Positions 46,577 to 58,287 of a stretch of DNA of 64,000 bases are shown here, one piece after another. The notes under the pieces were generated by a model. The model made no database searches, was not told where the DNA came from, and saw only the letters and a list, made by a program, of their open reading frames with translations. Made by a program: the position numbers and the translations under genes. Location: positions 246,943 to 310,942 of the forward strand of contig JBDRIV010000002.1 in the NCBI GenBank assembly GCA_043815505.1. Direction: 5' to 3'. How positions within the stretch are numbered: position 1 is the stretch's first letter; every line of letters starts with the position of its first letter. The DNA is from a bacterium. GTDB taxonomy: Bacteria > Patescibacteriota > JABMPQ01 > JBDRIV01.

Positions 46577-46906
46577 ATGACAGATTATAAATTAGCTATA
46601 ATTGGTTCCAAAGATGCCATCGCCGGGTTCTCAGCACTGGGTGTTGAAACTTTGAATGTTTTGGATGCCGACGGTGCTAAAAAAGCTTTGCTAGAAGTAA
46701 CTGAGAAAGATATGAACTTTGCTGTCGTTTTCATCACAGAGGAATTTGCCATGCAAGTTGAAGATGAAATTGCTGAAAATTCTAGCGGACCATTGCCAGC
46801 TATAGTTCCTATTCCTTCTTATCAGGGAAGTAAGGGAGCTGGCACAGCCAAACTCCGTCGCATAGTCGAGCAGGCGGTAGGTTCAGACATACTCTTTAAA
46901 AATTAG
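46577..46906 (+). CDS. V/A-type ATPase subunit F
   Basis: 109 aa, MTDYKLAIIGSKDAIAGFSALGVE. Confidence 0.75.
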   Translation: MTDYKLAIIGSKDAIAGFSALGVETLNVLDADGAKKALLEVTEKDMNFAVVFITEEFAMQVEDEIAENSSGPLPAIVPIPSYQGSKGAGTAKLRRIVEQAVGSDILFKN

Positions 46907-47088
46907 TGTGAGGTCGGCGAATTCATTTCGCGACCGAACTCCAAGGAAGGGGAGGAGCGAACTGCGATAGCAGTGAGCGAGTCGGAAGGGGAAACCCCGA
47001 TTGGGTTTCACCTCCGAGTGGATTTAAAGAATAAAACTTGTTTCTATTTGGAGACAGATTTAATTCCTTAAATTAGTAAAATTATATT
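46907..47088 (+). other. GC-rich structured intercistronic spacer between atpF and atpA
   Basis: About 55% GC against about 35% in the flanks. Hairpins gtcggcgaa/ttcgcgac and gaaaccc-cgatt-gggtttc. No ORF. Confidence 0.3.
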
Positions 47089-48858
47089 ATGAAAGAAGGT
47101 ACCATTATAAAAGTTTCAGGCCCTTTAGTAGTTGCTGAGGGTATGACCGACGTCAATATGTATGACGTTGTTAAAGTATCAGATAAAAAACTGGTTGGTG
47201 AAATTATTGAGCTGGATGGCGACAAAGCTTCAATTCAGGTCTATGAGGATACCGCAGGCTTAGGGCCGGGTGAGCCAGTTTTTGCTACAGGCGAACAACT
47301 TTCAGTTGAGCTCGGACCGGGAATCATTGAATCAATTTACGACGGTGTGCAAAGACCATTACAGAAAATTATGGAAGAATCTGGTGCGTTTATTGCCCGC
47401 GGAATTGATGTTCCTGGACTTGATAGAAAAAAGAAATGGAAGTTCGAACCGCAAGTTGAAACTGGTGCAGATGTCGTAGCTGGTGATATTTTAGGAATTG
47501 TGGCTGAAACTTCTTTGGTAGAACATAAAATTATGGTACCAGAAAAAATGGCTGGTAAAGTTAAAAGCATTGCCAAGGGTGAATTTACAGTTACCGATAC
47601 AGTTTGTGTAATCTCTGGCAAGGATGGAAAAGATTATGAAGTGCAAATGCTACAACGTTGGCCAATTCGTCGTCCCCGTCCCATCAATAAAAAACTTCTT
47701 TCTACTAAACCTCTAATCTCTGGTCAACGTGTTATTGATACTTTATTCCCAGTTGTAAAAGGTGGTGCCGCTTGTGTTCCTGGACCTTTCGGTGCTGGAA
47801 AAACTGTGGTGCAACATCAGATGTCCAAATGGGCTGATGCTGATATTATTGTTTTCATCGGTTGTGGTGAACGCGGAAATGAAATGACAGACGTGTTAAT
47901 GGAATTCCCAGAACTAAAAGATCCTCGCAGTGGTGAACCTCTAATGAAACGCACAGTTCTTATTGCCAACACTTCTAACATGCCGGTGGCCGCTCGTGAA
48001 GCTTCTGTTTACACTGGAATTACTATTGCTGAATATTTCCGCGATATGGGTTATGATGTAGCACTTATGGCCGACTCAACTTCTCGTTGGGCTGAAGCTA
48101 TGCGTGAAATTTCTGGACGTTTGGAAGAAATGCCTGGTGAAGAAGGTTACCCAGCTTATCTTGGTTCCCGAACAGCTTCTTTCTATGAAAGAGCCGGTTC
48201 GGTTGAATGTTTGGGAGCAGACAAAAGAAAAGGATCACTAACAGTTATTGGAGCAGTTTCTCCTCCTGGTGGTGACCTCTCAGAACCTGTTACCCAAAAC
48301 ACACTTCGTGTTACCAAAGTTTTCTGGGGACTGGATGCCAACCTAGCTTATCGTCGTCATTTCCCAGCCATCAACTGGTTAACCAGTTATTCTCTATATG
48401 TAGATGAATTAGAAGATTATTACAAAAATGAAGTGGCTGAAGAATGGCCAGCTCTAAGAACTAAAACGATGACATTGTTGCAGCAAGAAGCTTCTTTGCA
48501 AGAAATCGTGCGTTTGGTTGGTGTTGATGCGTTGTCTTCTAAAGAGCAGTTAGTTTTGCAAACTTCAAAATCAATTCGTGAAGATTATTTGATTCAAAAT
48601 GCTTTTGATGATGTTGATACTTATACTTCCATGAAAAAGCAGTACTGGATGTTAAAAGCCATTTTGACTTTTCACGATAAAGCTCTGGAAATGATTCAGA
48701 ATGATGTTCCGCTAGCAAAACTTATGGAATTGCCAGTGCGACAAAAAATGGCTCGTTCTAAAATGATACCTGAAGATAAAATAAAAGAACTGGAAAACAT
48801 TATTACTGAAATACAGAAAGAATTTGAAGGAGTTGCGATTCAAAAAACTAACGCTTAA
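47089..48858 (+). CDS. V/A-type ATPase catalytic subunit A
   Basis: P-loop GPFGAGKTV. 589 aa, so no intein. Confidence 0.95.
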   Translation: MKEGTIIKVSGPLVVAEGMTDVNMYDVVKVSDKKLVGEIIELDGDKASIQVYEDTAGLGPGEPVFATGEQLSVELGPGIIESIYDGVQRPLQKIMEESGAFIARGIDVPGLDRKKKWKFEPQVETGADVVAGDILGIVAETSLVEHKIMVPEKMAGKVKSIAKGEFTVTDTVCVISGKDGKDYEVQMLQRWPIRRPRPINKKLLSTKPLISGQRVIDTLFPVVKGGAACVPGPFGAGKTVVQHQMSKWADADIIVFIGCGERGNEMTDVLMEFPELKDPRSGEPLMKRTVLIANTSNMPVAAREASVYTGITIAEYFRDMGYDVALMADSTSRWAEAMREISGRLEEMPGEEGYPAYLGSRTASFYERAGSVECLGADKRKGSLTVIGAVSPPGGDLSEPVTQNTLRVTKVFWGLDANLAYRRHFPAINWLTSYSLYVDELEDYYKNEVAEEWPALRTKTMTLLQQEASLQEIVRLVGVDALSSKEQLVLQTSKSIREDYLIQNAFDDVDTYTSMKKQYWMLKAILTFHDKALEMIQNDVPLAKLMELPVRQKMARSKMIPEDKIKELENIITEIQKEFEGVAIQKTNA

Positions 48859-48876
48859 TAGAAAGGACTACATACT

Positions 48877-50256
48877 ATGTTAAAAGAATATAAAACAGTA
48901 AAAGAAATTGCCGGACCACTAATGATTGTGGAAAAGGTTAAAGACGTTAAATATGAAGAGCTGGTAGAAGTGGAACTGGCAAATGGAGATCGTCGTCGCG
49001 GAAGAGTTCTCGAAATAACTGACACTCAAGCGGTGGTGCAGATGTTTGAAGACACGCGCGGTGTGTCAGTTGCAGGAACAAAAGCAAAATTTCTTGGTAA
49101 AGGAATGGAGATTGCTGTTTCTGAAGATATGCTCGGTAGAGTTTTTAATGGTGCGGGCCGACCAAAAGATGGGGGACCAGAACTGGTTTCATCTGAAACT
49201 CGCGACATCAACGGCAGTCCAATTAATCCCTATGCTCGTGATTATCCCAACGACTTTATTCAAACCGGAGTTTCTACCATTGATGGTATGAACACTTTGG
49301 TGCGCGGACAAAAACTACCAATATTTTCTGGCGCTGGACTTCCTCATTCAGAATTGGCTGCTCAAATTGCTCGTCAAGCAAAAGTTATGAGCAAAGATGG
49401 AGAAGGGGAATTTGCTGTGGTTTTTGGAGCCATGGGAATTACCTTTGCAGAAGCAGAGTATTTTATCAATCAGTTTAAAGAAACTGGGGCTATTGAAAGA
49501 GCCGCTGTTTATATTAACTTAGCAGATGACCCTGTTGTAGAACGTATTACTCTTCCTCGCATGGCTTTAACCGCTGCTGAGTATTTGGCTTTTGAAAAAG
49601 GAAAACACGTGCTAGTAATTTTAACTGATCTTACCAACTACTGTGAGGCTTTGCGCGAAGTTTCTGCTGCCCGTAAAGAAGTTCCTGGACGTCGTGGTTA
49701 TCCCGGTTATTTGTATACCGACCTTTCAACCATCTATGAAAGAGCAGGAAGAATTAAAGGAAAGCCGGGTTCAATTACTCAGATTCCAATTCTAACCATG
49801 CCTGAAGATGATAAAACTCATCCGATTCCAGATTTAACCGGTTACATTACCGAAGGACAGATTATGCTTTCTCGCGAACTTCATAAGGGTGGAATTTTTC
49901 CTCCCGTTGATGTGTTGCCATCACTTTCTCGTTTGAAGGATAAAGGAATTGGTGAAGGAAAAACAAGAGAAGATCATTCTGGAGTTCTCAATCAGTTATT
50001 TGCAGCTTATGCCCAAGGAAAAGAAGCGAAAGAGTTAGCAATAATCTTAGGTGAAGCTGCTCTATCTGATGCTGACAAAAAATATGCTAAGTTTGCTGAT
50101 GAATTTGAAAACAGATTTGTAAGACAAGCTGAAATTGAAGATAGAACAATTGAGGAAACTCTAAATCTTGGTTGGGAATTATTGTCCATTCTACCAATGG
50201 AAGAATTGAAGCGTGTAAAACCAGAGCAAATTGAAAAATATCTACCAAAAAAGTAA
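48877..50256 (+). CDS. V/A-type ATPase subunit B
   Basis: 459 aa, noncatalytic nucleotide-binding fold. Confidence 0.95.
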   Translation: MLKEYKTVKEIAGPLMIVEKVKDVKYEELVEVELANGDRRRGRVLEITDTQAVVQMFEDTRGVSVAGTKAKFLGKGMEIAVSEDMLGRVFNGAGRPKDGGPELVSSETRDINGSPINPYARDYPNDFIQTGVSTIDGMNTLVRGQKLPIFSGAGLPHSELAAQIARQAKVMSKDGEGEFAVVFGAMGITFAEAEYFINQFKETGAIERAAVYINLADDPVVERITLPRMALTAAEYLAFEKGKHVLVILTDLTNYCEALREVSAARKEVPGRRGYPGYLYTDLSTIYERAGRIKGKPGSITQIPILTMPEDDKTHPIPDLTGYITEGQIMLSRELHKGGIFPPVDVLPSLSRLKDKGIGEGKTREDHSGVLNQLFAAYAQGKEAKELAIILGEAALSDADKKYAKFADEFENRFVRQAEIEDRTIEETLNLGWELLSILPMEELKRVKPEQIEKYLPKK

Positions 50257-50337
50257 AAGAGCAAATAGAAAAGAGTAAAACATCGGCCGGTATAATAGTT
50301 TCTTTACTCTTTAATCTTCAAATTTTAATCTTTCTAA

Positions 50338-50961
50338 ATGGCTAAACTAAACGTCAATCCAACACGAATGGAGCTACTGAAGTTACGTAAGCGCGTAACT
50401 ACTGCTAAACGTGGTCACAAACTGCTTAAAGAAAAGCGTGATGGTTTGATGAAAAAATTTATGGCCATAATCAGAGAAGCAAAAGAAGCACGCGAGCAAA
50501 TTGAAGTAGGACTGGCAGATGCCTTCAAAAAATTCTTATTTGCTTCAGCTTCCATGCGCTCAGATGTTTTAACAGAAGCTTTGGTTCTGCCATCACAAAA
50601 AATATCTCTGACAACTGATACAGAAAATGTGATGAGTGTAGAGATCCCCATATTTGATATAAAGCAAGAAGGCGATTTCTTATCATACGGATTAATAAAC
50701 ACAGCCTCAGGACTTGATAATTCTTTACAGAAGTTTTCTGATAATTTATCGCAAATGGTAAAGTTAGCACAAATTGAACACTCGGCTTTATTGCTGGCTC
50801 AAGAAATTGAGAAAACCAGGCGCAGAGTAAATGCCTTAGAATATGTTCTTATTCCCAATTTGGAAGAGACGGTTAAATATATTGAAATGAAACTAGCTGA
50901 GCAAGAAAGAGCCAATGTTGCTAACGTCATGCGCGTCAAGGAACTCATTTCCCAAGAATAA
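50338..50961 (+). CDS. V/A-type ATPase subunit D
   Basis: 207 aa, MAKLNVNPTRMELLKLRKR. Confidence 0.85.
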   Translation: MAKLNVNPTRMELLKLRKRVTTAKRGHKLLKEKRDGLMKKFMAIIREAKEAREQIEVGLADAFKKFLFASASMRSDVLTEALVLPSQKISLTTDTENVMSVEIPIFDIKQEGDFLSYGLINTASGLDNSLQKFSDNLSQMVKLAQIEHSALLLAQEIEKTRRRVNALEYVLIPNLEETVKYIEMKLAEQERANVANVMRVKELISQE

Positions 50962-51009
50962 CGACTTTTGCTATAATTTAGCTAGTTAAAATAAAATTAA
51001 ATTATTTCT

Positions 51010-52077
51010 ATGAATAAATTCTTTCAAAAAATTAAGGAGGATAAGAGATGGCAAATGGGTTTAGTTATTGCCATCGTTTTATTAATTACTATAATTGTAT
51101 TTCTCTACTTCAGGTTTAGTGATACTGATAATCCTTTTGAGCGACTCGTAAGTGGTGATACCTATCGCAAGCTTGACGGTGTTATGGTTGATAAGGAAAA
51201 AGTTAATCCGCCAATTGTAGCGGTGATGATTGAAAATTTATCTACTATCAGAGACACTCAAGCTGGACTTGATACAGCGCCGGTTGTTTATGAGGCTTTG
51301 GCTGAAGGTGGTATAACCAGGTTTTTAGTCATCTTCCCAGACTTAGATGTTGCCGATATTGCAGCGACTAGAATTGGTCCAGTACGTTCTGCTCGTCCTT
51401 ATTATTATGAATGGTCATCAGAATATGATGCTCTCTACACTCATGTTGGTGGTAGCCCAGAAGCTTTGGCGGGAATTAGTGGTCTGGGAATTCCCGACCT
51501 AAACGCTATGTATTCTGATTCAGTTTATTTCTGGCGCGATACTGCCCTGGCTGCTCCCCATAATTTGTTCATCAATGGCCAAAATTTAAGTTTTGCTCTG
51601 CGTGACAAAGATATGCTTGATTTGCAGCCTGACTATCAAGGTTGGAAATATGAAGATGAAGCAAGTTCAGATGATCGAGGAAGTGGTGAAAATGATGTCA
51701 CAATTGATTTCTCTTCTATTGGCTATGTTGTTAAATGGGATTATGATCAGAATGATAATGAATACTATCGTTTTAATGCTGGTGAAAAACATATAGATTT
51801 CAATACTGGTCAGCAAATTACTGCCGATAATGTAATTGTGCAATATGTAAACGCAACTGACACTGGAGACAATGGTCGTTTATCTATGGACGTTACTGGT
51901 AATGGCACCGCCGTGATGTTTAGAAACGGTATGACATATGAAGGAACTTGGGAAAAAGATTCACGAGAAGACAGAACTTTGTTTTACACTGAAGACGGCA
52001 AAGAATATACCTTAAACCGTGGTACTACCTGGGTGGAAATTATTCCTCCCGACCGCGATGTCGAATATAGTCTTTAA
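51010..52077 (+). CDS. Hypothetical secreted/anchored protein, DUF3048 (YerB)-like
   Basis: N-terminal TM. VAVMIENLSTIRDTQAGL...VYEALAEGGITRF...GPVRSARPYYY. Confidence 0.4.
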   Translation: MNKFFQKIKEDKRWQMGLVIAIVLLITIIVFLYFRFSDTDNPFERLVSGDTYRKLDGVMVDKEKVNPPIVAVMIENLSTIRDTQAGLDTAPVVYEALAEGGITRFLVIFPDLDVADIAATRIGPVRSARPYYYEWSSEYDALYTHVGGSPEALAGISGLGIPDLNAMYSDSVYFWRDTALAAPHNLFINGQNLSFALRDKDMLDLQPDYQGWKYEDEASSDDRGSGENDVTIDFSSIGYVVKWDYDQNDNEYYRFNAGEKHIDFNTGQQITADNVIVQYVNATDTGDNGRLSMDVTGNGTAVMFRNGMTYEGTWEKDSREDRTLFYTEDGKEYTLNRGTTWVEIIPPDRDVEYSL

Positions 52078-52091
52078 AATCTAAAACCAAA

Positions 52092-53210
52092 ATGGCAGAA
52101 GAAAAACCAAAAAAGAAATCTAAAATAAAAGAATTTTTTAAGAAACTGGGCGAGGATAGACGCTTACAAATTTATGTCAGCGTGGCAGTTTTAGTAATTG
52201 TCGTGGCTGTAACTTGGGGGATTGTGATCGCCGTGAACGACAAAGATGATGATGACGTAAAAATAAGTTCTAAAAAAGTTGTAGAAGAAGATGTTAATAT
52301 TAACGAACGTCGTTTGGATGGCATGATAGTTGCTCCCGAAGATGCCAATAAATGGCCAGTAGCTATTATGATTGAAAATCTAATTGCTGCCAGACCACAA
52401 GCTGGTTTGATTGATGCGCAACTTGTTTATGAAACATTAGCTGAATCTGGAATAACTCGTTTTATGACAATATTTTCTGGTGATATGCCAGACAAAATTG
52501 GACCAGTGCGATCATCAAGGCGATACTATTTAGAATGGGCACAACCCTTAGATCCTGTTTATGCTCATGCTGGTGGCAGTCCACAAGCCCTGGAACATAT
52601 TAGTGCTTTTGGGATTAAAAATCTAAATGCTATTGCTAGCGCCGCCGCTTATTTCTGGCGCGGTGAAGGTAGTGCTCCGCACAATCTTTATACTAGTTGG
52701 GAAAAAATGACCTTTGCAGTACGCGATAAAGAATTAACGAATGCTACACCAGAATATACCAAATGGTTATTTAAAGATGCCACAGAGGATTTACCCACAG
52801 AAGAAAAAACAATTGATATAGAATTTTCTTCAGCCACTTACAATGTGCATTATGAATACGATTCAGCCACTAACGATTATAAAAGATTTCATTCTGATAC
52901 TCCGCACACCGATAGAAATACCGGAAATCAAATAAAAGTTAAAAACGTGGTGATACAAAAAGTCCCAGCTGAAGTAGGACTTAGTGAGAAGGGAAGAATT
53001 GATTTGGATTTGCATGGTACTGGTGAAGCGATACTTTGTTCTGACGGTGTTTGTGAGCAAGGTACTTGGAGCAAACCAGATTTAGATACACGTACTGTAT
53101 TCACAGGCGCCGGTGGTGAGGAATACGAATTCACACGAGGAAATATTTGGGTGGAAGTTGTTCCAGGAGAAAGAAATGTTAACTATACCGAATTACAAGC
53201 CACTGAATAA
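52092..53210 (+). CDS. Tandem paralog of the preceding DUF3048-like protein
   Basis: Same motifs (AIMIENLIAARPQAGL...VYETLAESGITRF...GPVRSSRRYY). Confidence 0.4.
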   Translation: MAEEKPKKKSKIKEFFKKLGEDRRLQIYVSVAVLVIVVAVTWGIVIAVNDKDDDDVKISSKKVVEEDVNINERRLDGMIVAPEDANKWPVAIMIENLIAARPQAGLIDAQLVYETLAESGITRFMTIFSGDMPDKIGPVRSSRRYYLEWAQPLDPVYAHAGGSPQALEHISAFGIKNLNAIASAAAYFWRGEGSAPHNLYTSWEKMTFAVRDKELTNATPEYTKWLFKDATEDLPTEEKTIDIEFSSATYNVHYEYDSATNDYKRFHSDTPHTDRNTGNQIKVKNVVIQKVPAEVGLSEKGRIDLDLHGTGEAILCSDGVCEQGTWSKPDLDTRTVFTGAGGEEYEFTRGNIWVEVVPGERNVNYTELQATE

Positions 53211-53211
53211 A

Positions 53212-54045
53212 CTACAAATTAACAACAAAAAGTCTTGGTCGTTTGGCCAAGTCTTTTTTTACTTTAATTTTAACGTTAGGGTAAAGTATTTTGATTTTTA
53301 GAGCAAAACGATTTATGTAACTCGGATCAATTTCCATATAAATTATGCCATCACGTTTTAATTTTTTAACTGCTTGTTGTAATAAATCTAAATATAGTTC
53401 AAAACCTCTTCGTCCACCAAGTAGTGCCTTAAAACTTTCATATCTTTTAATATCAGTGGGAAGATCTCCCCAACGGCGATTAGGAAGATAGGGGAGATTG
53501 GCAACTATAATATCAAATTTGCCGTAAATTGATTTTAGCAAATTGCTTTTTTTGAATTTGATGCGAGAAGAAACTTCATGTAGTTTAGCATTTTCTTTTG
53601 CTATGCGAAGTGAAATGTCATCTATATCGGAAGCAACTATTTTACTTTTTGGCATACTTTTTGCCAAAGCAATAGCAATGCAACCAGAGCCTGTGCCCAC
53701 ATCACAAATTTTAGATTTAGGACGCGAATTTTTTATAACCTCCTCAACCAGCAGTTCCGTTTCGGGTCGAGGAACTAAAACTCCACGGCGAATTATAAAT
53801 TCTAAACCATAAAATTCTTTCTTGCCGGTAATGAAAGCAACCGGTTCTCCTTTGCGGCGTCTCTTGATTACTCGGCGAAAATTTACAATTTCTTTTTTAG
53901 TCAGCTCGTTTTCCGGATGAGCTAATAAAAATTCTTTTGGTCTTTTCGTAATATAAGCTAAAAGAATTTCCGCATCTAAATCTGCCGAATCACTAATTTT
54001 AATTATTTTCTTCTCAGCGTAAGCCAAGGCTTCTTTAATTGTCAT
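53212..54045 (-). CDS. prmC: Release factor glutamine N5-methyltransferase
   Basis: VGTGSGCIAIALA SAM motif and a NLPY variant of NPPY. Adjacent to prfA. Confidence 0.8.
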   Translation of the reverse strand: MTIKEALAYAEKKIIKISDSADLDAEILLAYITKRPKEFLLAHPENELTKKEIVNFRRVIKRRRKGEPVAFITGKKEFYGLEFIIRRGVLVPRPETELLVEEVIKNSRPKSKICDVGTGSGCIAIALAKSMPKSKIVASDIDDISLRIAKENAKLHEVSSRIKFKKSNLLKSIYGKFDIIVANLPYLPNRRWGDLPTDIKRYESFKALLGGRRGFELYLDLLQQAVKKLKRDGIIYMEIDPSYINRFALKIKILYPNVKIKVKKDLAKRPRLFVVNL

Positions 54046-54054
54046 AAATATAAA

Positions 54055-55221
54055 TTATCCTACCCAATAATTATTTAGAAACATATTGAGGAACAGAGCG
54101 TACAGTAAAACTGATGTTACTAATACCATTATATACAAATATTCACGTTTTAACACCCTTGCCAAATAAATGAAGGCAGGGAAGAGAACAATGACATATC
54201 TGGTGGTGCTAATTAGTGTTCCGGTTACAGAACTGGCTAAGAGAAATAAAACCATCATTAAACCATAAGAAACTCGAAATCTAATGGCAATAATTATAGC
54301 CAATACAAAGAATAAAACAAAAGCAATAAAATCAAAACTGTTGGCCAAGTGATAAGCCTGCCCGCCAGTTAGCATGGTTAGAAAATCATTAAAATAAGTT
54401 GTCAGTGTTGAAAAGAAACCTATAATACCTTCACCAAGCTCCCGACTCCAAACTTTCTGCGCATTTATAAAAGTTAGGGGATCACCAAATTTGTTCCACA
54501 AAAAAATCATATAGGAAATTATCCCCAGTGGTATCAACAACAAGTTTAAAATATTTACTTTTATATCTCTAAATTTGAAATTTCTATATTCCAAATATTC
54601 CACCAGCAAAACTATCAGCATTAAAATTCCCACACTGCGGGTGGCGGCAGAAAACATCGCCAAAATTGAAGCCAGTAAATATTTATTCTTGCGAGCAAAA
54701 TAAAACGAACTGGCAATTAAAAACAAAAATAAACTTTCTGTATAAACGGATAGAAAGAAAAAAGCAGTGGGGAAAAGTAGTAAGAGAAAAACTGCTCGTA
54801 AAGATTTTTTCTGGTTTAAATCTAAATTCGCTAATTTATAAAGAAAAATAATTGCTCCGAACAAGGTCAGATGAGAAATTATTAAACCGGAAATTAAAGG
54901 ATCAATTCCAGTTAAAGATACAAACTTCATTAAAAGAGGGTAGAGGGGAAAGAAGGCGGTGTTGGAGGCAGTAGCAGTATAATAATAACCATGTTCTACA
55001 ATGGATAAATACCAACCCGAATCCCAATGAATCAAATGCGTCATCCAATCGGGTAAATAAGTTGGCAACCAAGGATTATCGGGAATCCAAGGATAAGCTT
55101 TGTCCAAAGAAACAAAAAGGCGGCTACTGGCCACCAAACTAAATATGAAAATTATTAGGCGATAAAAAACAAATAGAATTGAAATCTCTAACCATTCTTT
55201 ACGGGAGAGAAATTTAGACAT
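54055..55221 (-). CDS. GT-C fold membrane glycosyltransferase, PIG-V/DUF2029-like mannosyltransferase family
   Basis: 388 aa, about 10 TM, WDSGWYLSIVEHGY motif. Confidence 0.45.
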   Translation of the reverse strand: MSKFLSRKEWLEISILFVFYRLIIFIFSLVASSRLFVSLDKAYPWIPDNPWLPTYLPDWMTHLIHWDSGWYLSIVEHGYYYTATASNTAFFPLYPLLMKFVSLTGIDPLISGLIISHLTLFGAIIFLYKLANLDLNQKKSLRAVFLLLLFPTAFFFLSVYTESLFLFLIASSFYFARKNKYLLASILAMFSAATRSVGILMLIVLLVEYLEYRNFKFRDIKVNILNLLLIPLGIISYMIFLWNKFGDPLTFINAQKVWSRELGEGIIGFFSTLTTYFNDFLTMLTGGQAYHLANSFDFIAFVLFFVLAIIIAIRFRVSYGLMMVLFLLASSVTGTLISTTRYVIVLFPAFIYLARVLKREYLYIMVLVTSVLLYALFLNMFLNNYWVG

Positions 55222-55326
55222 CCCGGTAGTACAACTTAATGATTAATTTAATTGTCAGACGTTTTGCCAAGCAATACATTTGTAAAGAAATTAACTAGTA
55301 AAATATTTTAGGGTTGTACTACCGGG
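55222..55326. mobile_element. Family-1 inverted-repeat element, copy 8; flanked by CAT repeats and abutting the start of the GT-C gene
   Basis: CAT-cccggtagtacaacttaa...ttgtactaccggg-CAT. This copy shows the full 18-bp terminal repeat CCCGGTAGTACAACTTAA. Confidence 0.6.
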
Positions 55327-55330
55327 CATA

Positions 55331-56395
55331 TTATTTATCTGTTAATCTCTGTTTTTTGAATTCTTCTTTTACAGCTTCCAGCATTTCGGAAATATCTCCA
55401 CCCAAATACTTCTCAACATCATGCATAGTTTTTTTAATACGATGATCGGTAATTCTATCTTGAGGGATGTTATAAGTACGAATTTTTTCCGAACGGTCAC
55501 CAGTACCAATTTGAGCTCTTCTTTTGCTACCTTCTTCCTCGGCGTGTTTTTCTTCTTCAGAAGCTTTTAAACGAGAGCGCAAAACTTTCATGGCTTTATC
55601 ACGATTTTTATGCTGAGATTTTTCATCCTGACAAGTTACCACAATTCCTGTTGGCACGTGAGTTAAACGGACAGCAGAATCGGTGGTGTTAACACTTTGG
55701 CCACCAGGACCTGAAGAACGAAAAACATCCAAACGAACATCTTCTAACTTTATTTCAAATTCTACATCTTCCACTTCGGGCAAAACTGCCACTGTAACAG
55801 TTGAGGTGTGAATGCGACCATTCTTTTCTGTTTCAGGAATGCGTTGCACGCGGTGGACACCAGACTCATGGCGCAAATCTTTATAAACTTTTTCACCTCG
55901 GACAGCAAAAATAATTTCTTTAAATCCACCCACACCACTTTTATGTGAATTCATAATTTCAATTTTCCAACCTTTGTCTTCGGCAAAACGTGAGTACATG
56001 CGAAAAAGATCAGTCGCAAAAAGTCCAGCTTCATCACCACCGGCGCCAGCTCTAATTTCCATAATAACGTCTTTGTTTTCATCGGGATCGGACGGTAATA
56101 ATGCTTCTTCAACGTCCTTTGCTAACAATAATTCTTTTTCTTTTAGGGTTCCCAATTCTTCTTCTGCTACCATTCTCATTTCCTCGTCAGTTTCTGAAGC
56201 TACCATTTCTTCTGCCTCACTAATTTGTTTTTTAATACTCTCAAATTCTTGCAAAGGTTTCAACTTTGCTTCTAAGTCGGAGTATTCCTGCGAAAGCTCT
56301 TTATATTTAGCGGGATTAGAAGAAGTCGCAGGATCGGCTAAATCCTTATTTATTTCTTCCAAACGCTTACTAAATAATTCTATTTTATCCTGCAT
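55331..56395 (-). CDS. prfA: Peptide chain release factor 1
   Basis: GGQ motif ([12 protein letters not shown]). RIPETE sits at the PxT position. Confidence 0.85.
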   Translation of the reverse strand: MQDKIELFSKRLEEINKDLADPATSSNPAKYKELSQEYSDLEAKLKPLQEFESIKKQISEAEEMVASETDEEMRMVAEEELGTLKEKELLLAKDVEEALLPSDPDENKDVIMEIRAGAGGDEAGLFATDLFRMYSRFAEDKGWKIEIMNSHKSGVGGFKEIIFAVRGEKVYKDLRHESGVHRVQRIPETEKNGRIHTSTVTVAVLPEVEDVEFEIKLEDVRLDVFRSSGPGGQSVNTTDSAVRLTHVPTGIVVTCQDEKSQHKNRDKAMKVLRSRLKASEEEKHAEEEGSKRRAQIGTGDRSEKIRTYNIPQDRITDHRIKKTMHDVEKYLGGDISEMLEAVKEEFKKQRLTDK

Positions 56396-56445
56396 TAGAT
56401 AGGGGATTAAAAAATCAGCCTATTCGAGAATAAGCTGACCTTTGG

Positions 56446-56712
56446 TTATTTTTTGGCTGTAGTTTTCTTGTTCTTATTCGGTTTTGCTTTTTTTTCTGTT
56501 TTTTTTATAGCTTCTGTTTTAGCAAAACGTTCGCGGAATTTGTCCACCATTCCGGCGGTGTCTACCAATTTTTGTTTGCCAGTATAAAAAGGATGACAAG
56601 CAGAACAAATTTCTACTTGAATGTCTTTTTGAGTTGAGCCAGTCTTGAAAGTGTTACCGCAAGCACAAGTTACAGTAGCTTCAAAGTAATCTGGATGAGT
56701 TTTTTGCTTCAT
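56446..56712 (-). CDS. rpmE: 50S ribosomal protein L31 (zinc-binding type) with a lysine-rich C-terminal tail
   Basis: [22 protein letters not shown]...[12 protein letters not shown]. Confidence 0.85.
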   Translation of the reverse strand: MKQKTHPDYFEATVTCACGNTFKTGSTQKDIQVEICSACHPFYTGKQKLVDTAGMVDKFRERFAKTEAIKKTEKKAKPNKNKKTTAKK

Positions 56713-56768
56713 AATTAAATTCTAAATATCAAGACGAATAATATCACAGTATTTTAAGTTTGGCAAGA

Positions 56769-56867
56769 CCCGCTCCAGTTTTATAAAACTAGGCATAATT
56801 TTGTATTATATTGCTAAATAGTACTATTAAACTAAAATCTTTGAGTTCAATGAAACTGGGGCTGGGC
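56769..56867. mobile_element. Family-2 MITE-like element, copy C
   Basis: cccgctccagttttataaaact...gagttcaatgaaactggggctgggc, homologous to 2577-2674. Confidence 0.5.
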
Positions 56868-56875
56868 AAGAGTCT

Positions 56876-57124
56876 TTAATTTTGTAGGTATTCTTCGGCC
56901 AATCTTTTTACAGCCTTTTTGTCAGTTTCAGAAATGGCGTTTTGTTTGCGTAAATCCATCAAAATTTCGCGCAATTCCCAGGATGAAACTCCGCCAGAAT
57001 CAAGCTGTTTTTTTAGGGCTCCCAAAACCAATTCTCTCTCGGTTTGTTTTAGGGATGGGGCAGCGGAAATTAGGCGCCTTTCCATCTGTTTTAGCTCGTC
57101 GTAATCTATTTTACCGTCTTCCAT
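56876..57124 (-). CDS. Hypothetical small helical protein
   Basis: 82 aa. Divergent from the downstream nuclease gene. Confidence 0.35.
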   Translation of the reverse strand: MEDGKIDYDELKQMERRLISAAPSLKQTERELVLGALKKQLDSGGVSSWELREILMDLRKQNAISETDKKAVKRLAEEYLQN

Positions 57125-57234
57125 AAATTTAAGTTAATTGTGGCTAAATTATAGCAGAATAAGGGAAATTTGCTAGTTTGCACAACGTATAGATTAGCGG
57201 TAGTATATAAGCAATTAGTAAACAAATATACAAA

Positions 57235-58287
57235 ATGAATAAGGTTATTAAGACAAAGAGTGTTGGTATGGGCATAACAGAGGTCACAGAGGATTTCATT
57301 CTTTCTGAGGAGCCTATGTCTCGTCTAGTGTTTCAAGCAAAAATGCATAGCAAAGGAATAAGGGGCAGAATTGTTAGACAACGAAGAGAATCCACTAATG
57401 ATGTATGGATTTCTGAAAAAGCGATGCACATACGTGATTTGGGTAAAAATGAAACAATCAATTTAGATTTATGCACAGATGCTGTAAATAAATTATACTC
57501 AGCAATAGTTAGGCTTGCTAATATTTTGAAAGAAAAAGGAATAGAATATGGGGAAAATTCTTATGCCGTTGTTGATCCTGAGTCTATAGTTATCACCGAT
57601 AAAAATAAAGTTCAGTATATTAAAAAGATTGTTGATGCTGGACACGATGAAGATGTGTGGAGACAATTAGTTGAAGCCAATCCAACACTAGTAACAAAAC
57701 TATCGTATGCCAGAATACTTGATACAAAGAATAGCACATTAAAAGAATTAAATGATCGATTAGAGAAAGGTGGCTATCTCGAAACCTCAGGTGATGATTC
57801 ATGGCAGAAATGGATATACGATAACAATTGGTTGTTTGGAGTTAATTACAGAGATCCAATACAAAAGGAAAAAATAAACATTTCAGGAATAATGCCTGAT
57901 TATTTATTTCCAACACTAGATAATTTTGTAGACATTCTAGAAATAAAGCTTCCTCATGATGAGGTTATAGTGGCTGACTCTAGTCATCCTGGTTCTTGGA
58001 AGTTCACATTGCAAACAAATTTAGCTATTGGTCAAGTTGTAAATTATTTAGGCGAGATAGATAGATTGAGAAGAGAAATAGAACCTGAAGTAAAAAAGCA
58101 ATATGGATATGAGGTTTATTTTCTGAAGCCCCGAGCATACATTTTAATTGGTGATAGTGATAAATGGGAAGATGACAAAAAAGAAGGCTTGAGGAAATTA
58201 AATCATGCTCTTCACGGAATTGAAATTCTCACATACAGAGACCTATACGATAGAGGAAAAAGATCTTTAGAAATCAAAAATGAATGA
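57235..58287 (+). CDS. Shedu-like (DUF4263) PD-(D/E)xK nuclease, candidate antiphage defence protein
   Basis: The motif block reads DNNWLFGVNY, then MPDYLF (the D motif), then VDILEIKLP (the ExK motif), then IGQVVNY (QxxxY). I recall this order for the SduA nuclease domain. Confidence 0.5.
   Translation: MNKVIKTKSVGMGITEVTEDFILSEEPMSRLVFQAKMHSKGIRGRIVRQRRESTNDVWISEKAMHIRDLGKNETINLDLCTDAVNKLYSAIVRLANILKEKGIEYGENSYAVVDPESIVITDKNKVQYIKKIVDAGHDEDVWRQLVEANPTLVTKLSYARILDTKNSTLKELNDRLEKGGYLETSGDDSWQKWIYDNNWLFGVNYRDPIQKEKINISGIMPDYLFPTLDNFVDILEIKLPHDEVIVADSSHPGSWKFTLQTNLAIGQVVNYLGEIDRLRREIEPEVKKQYGYEVYFLKPRAYILIGDSDKWEDDKKEGLRKLNHALHGIEILTYRDLYDRGKRSLEIKNE

Noticed and set aside
55331-56395. Possibility of an alternative genetic code (UGA recoding) given a CPR-like genome and only RF1 seen
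   Set aside because: Genes in the window terminate with ordinary TAA, TAG or TGA at the expected positions, and proteins align end-to-end. Absence of prfB cannot be judged from 64 kb.
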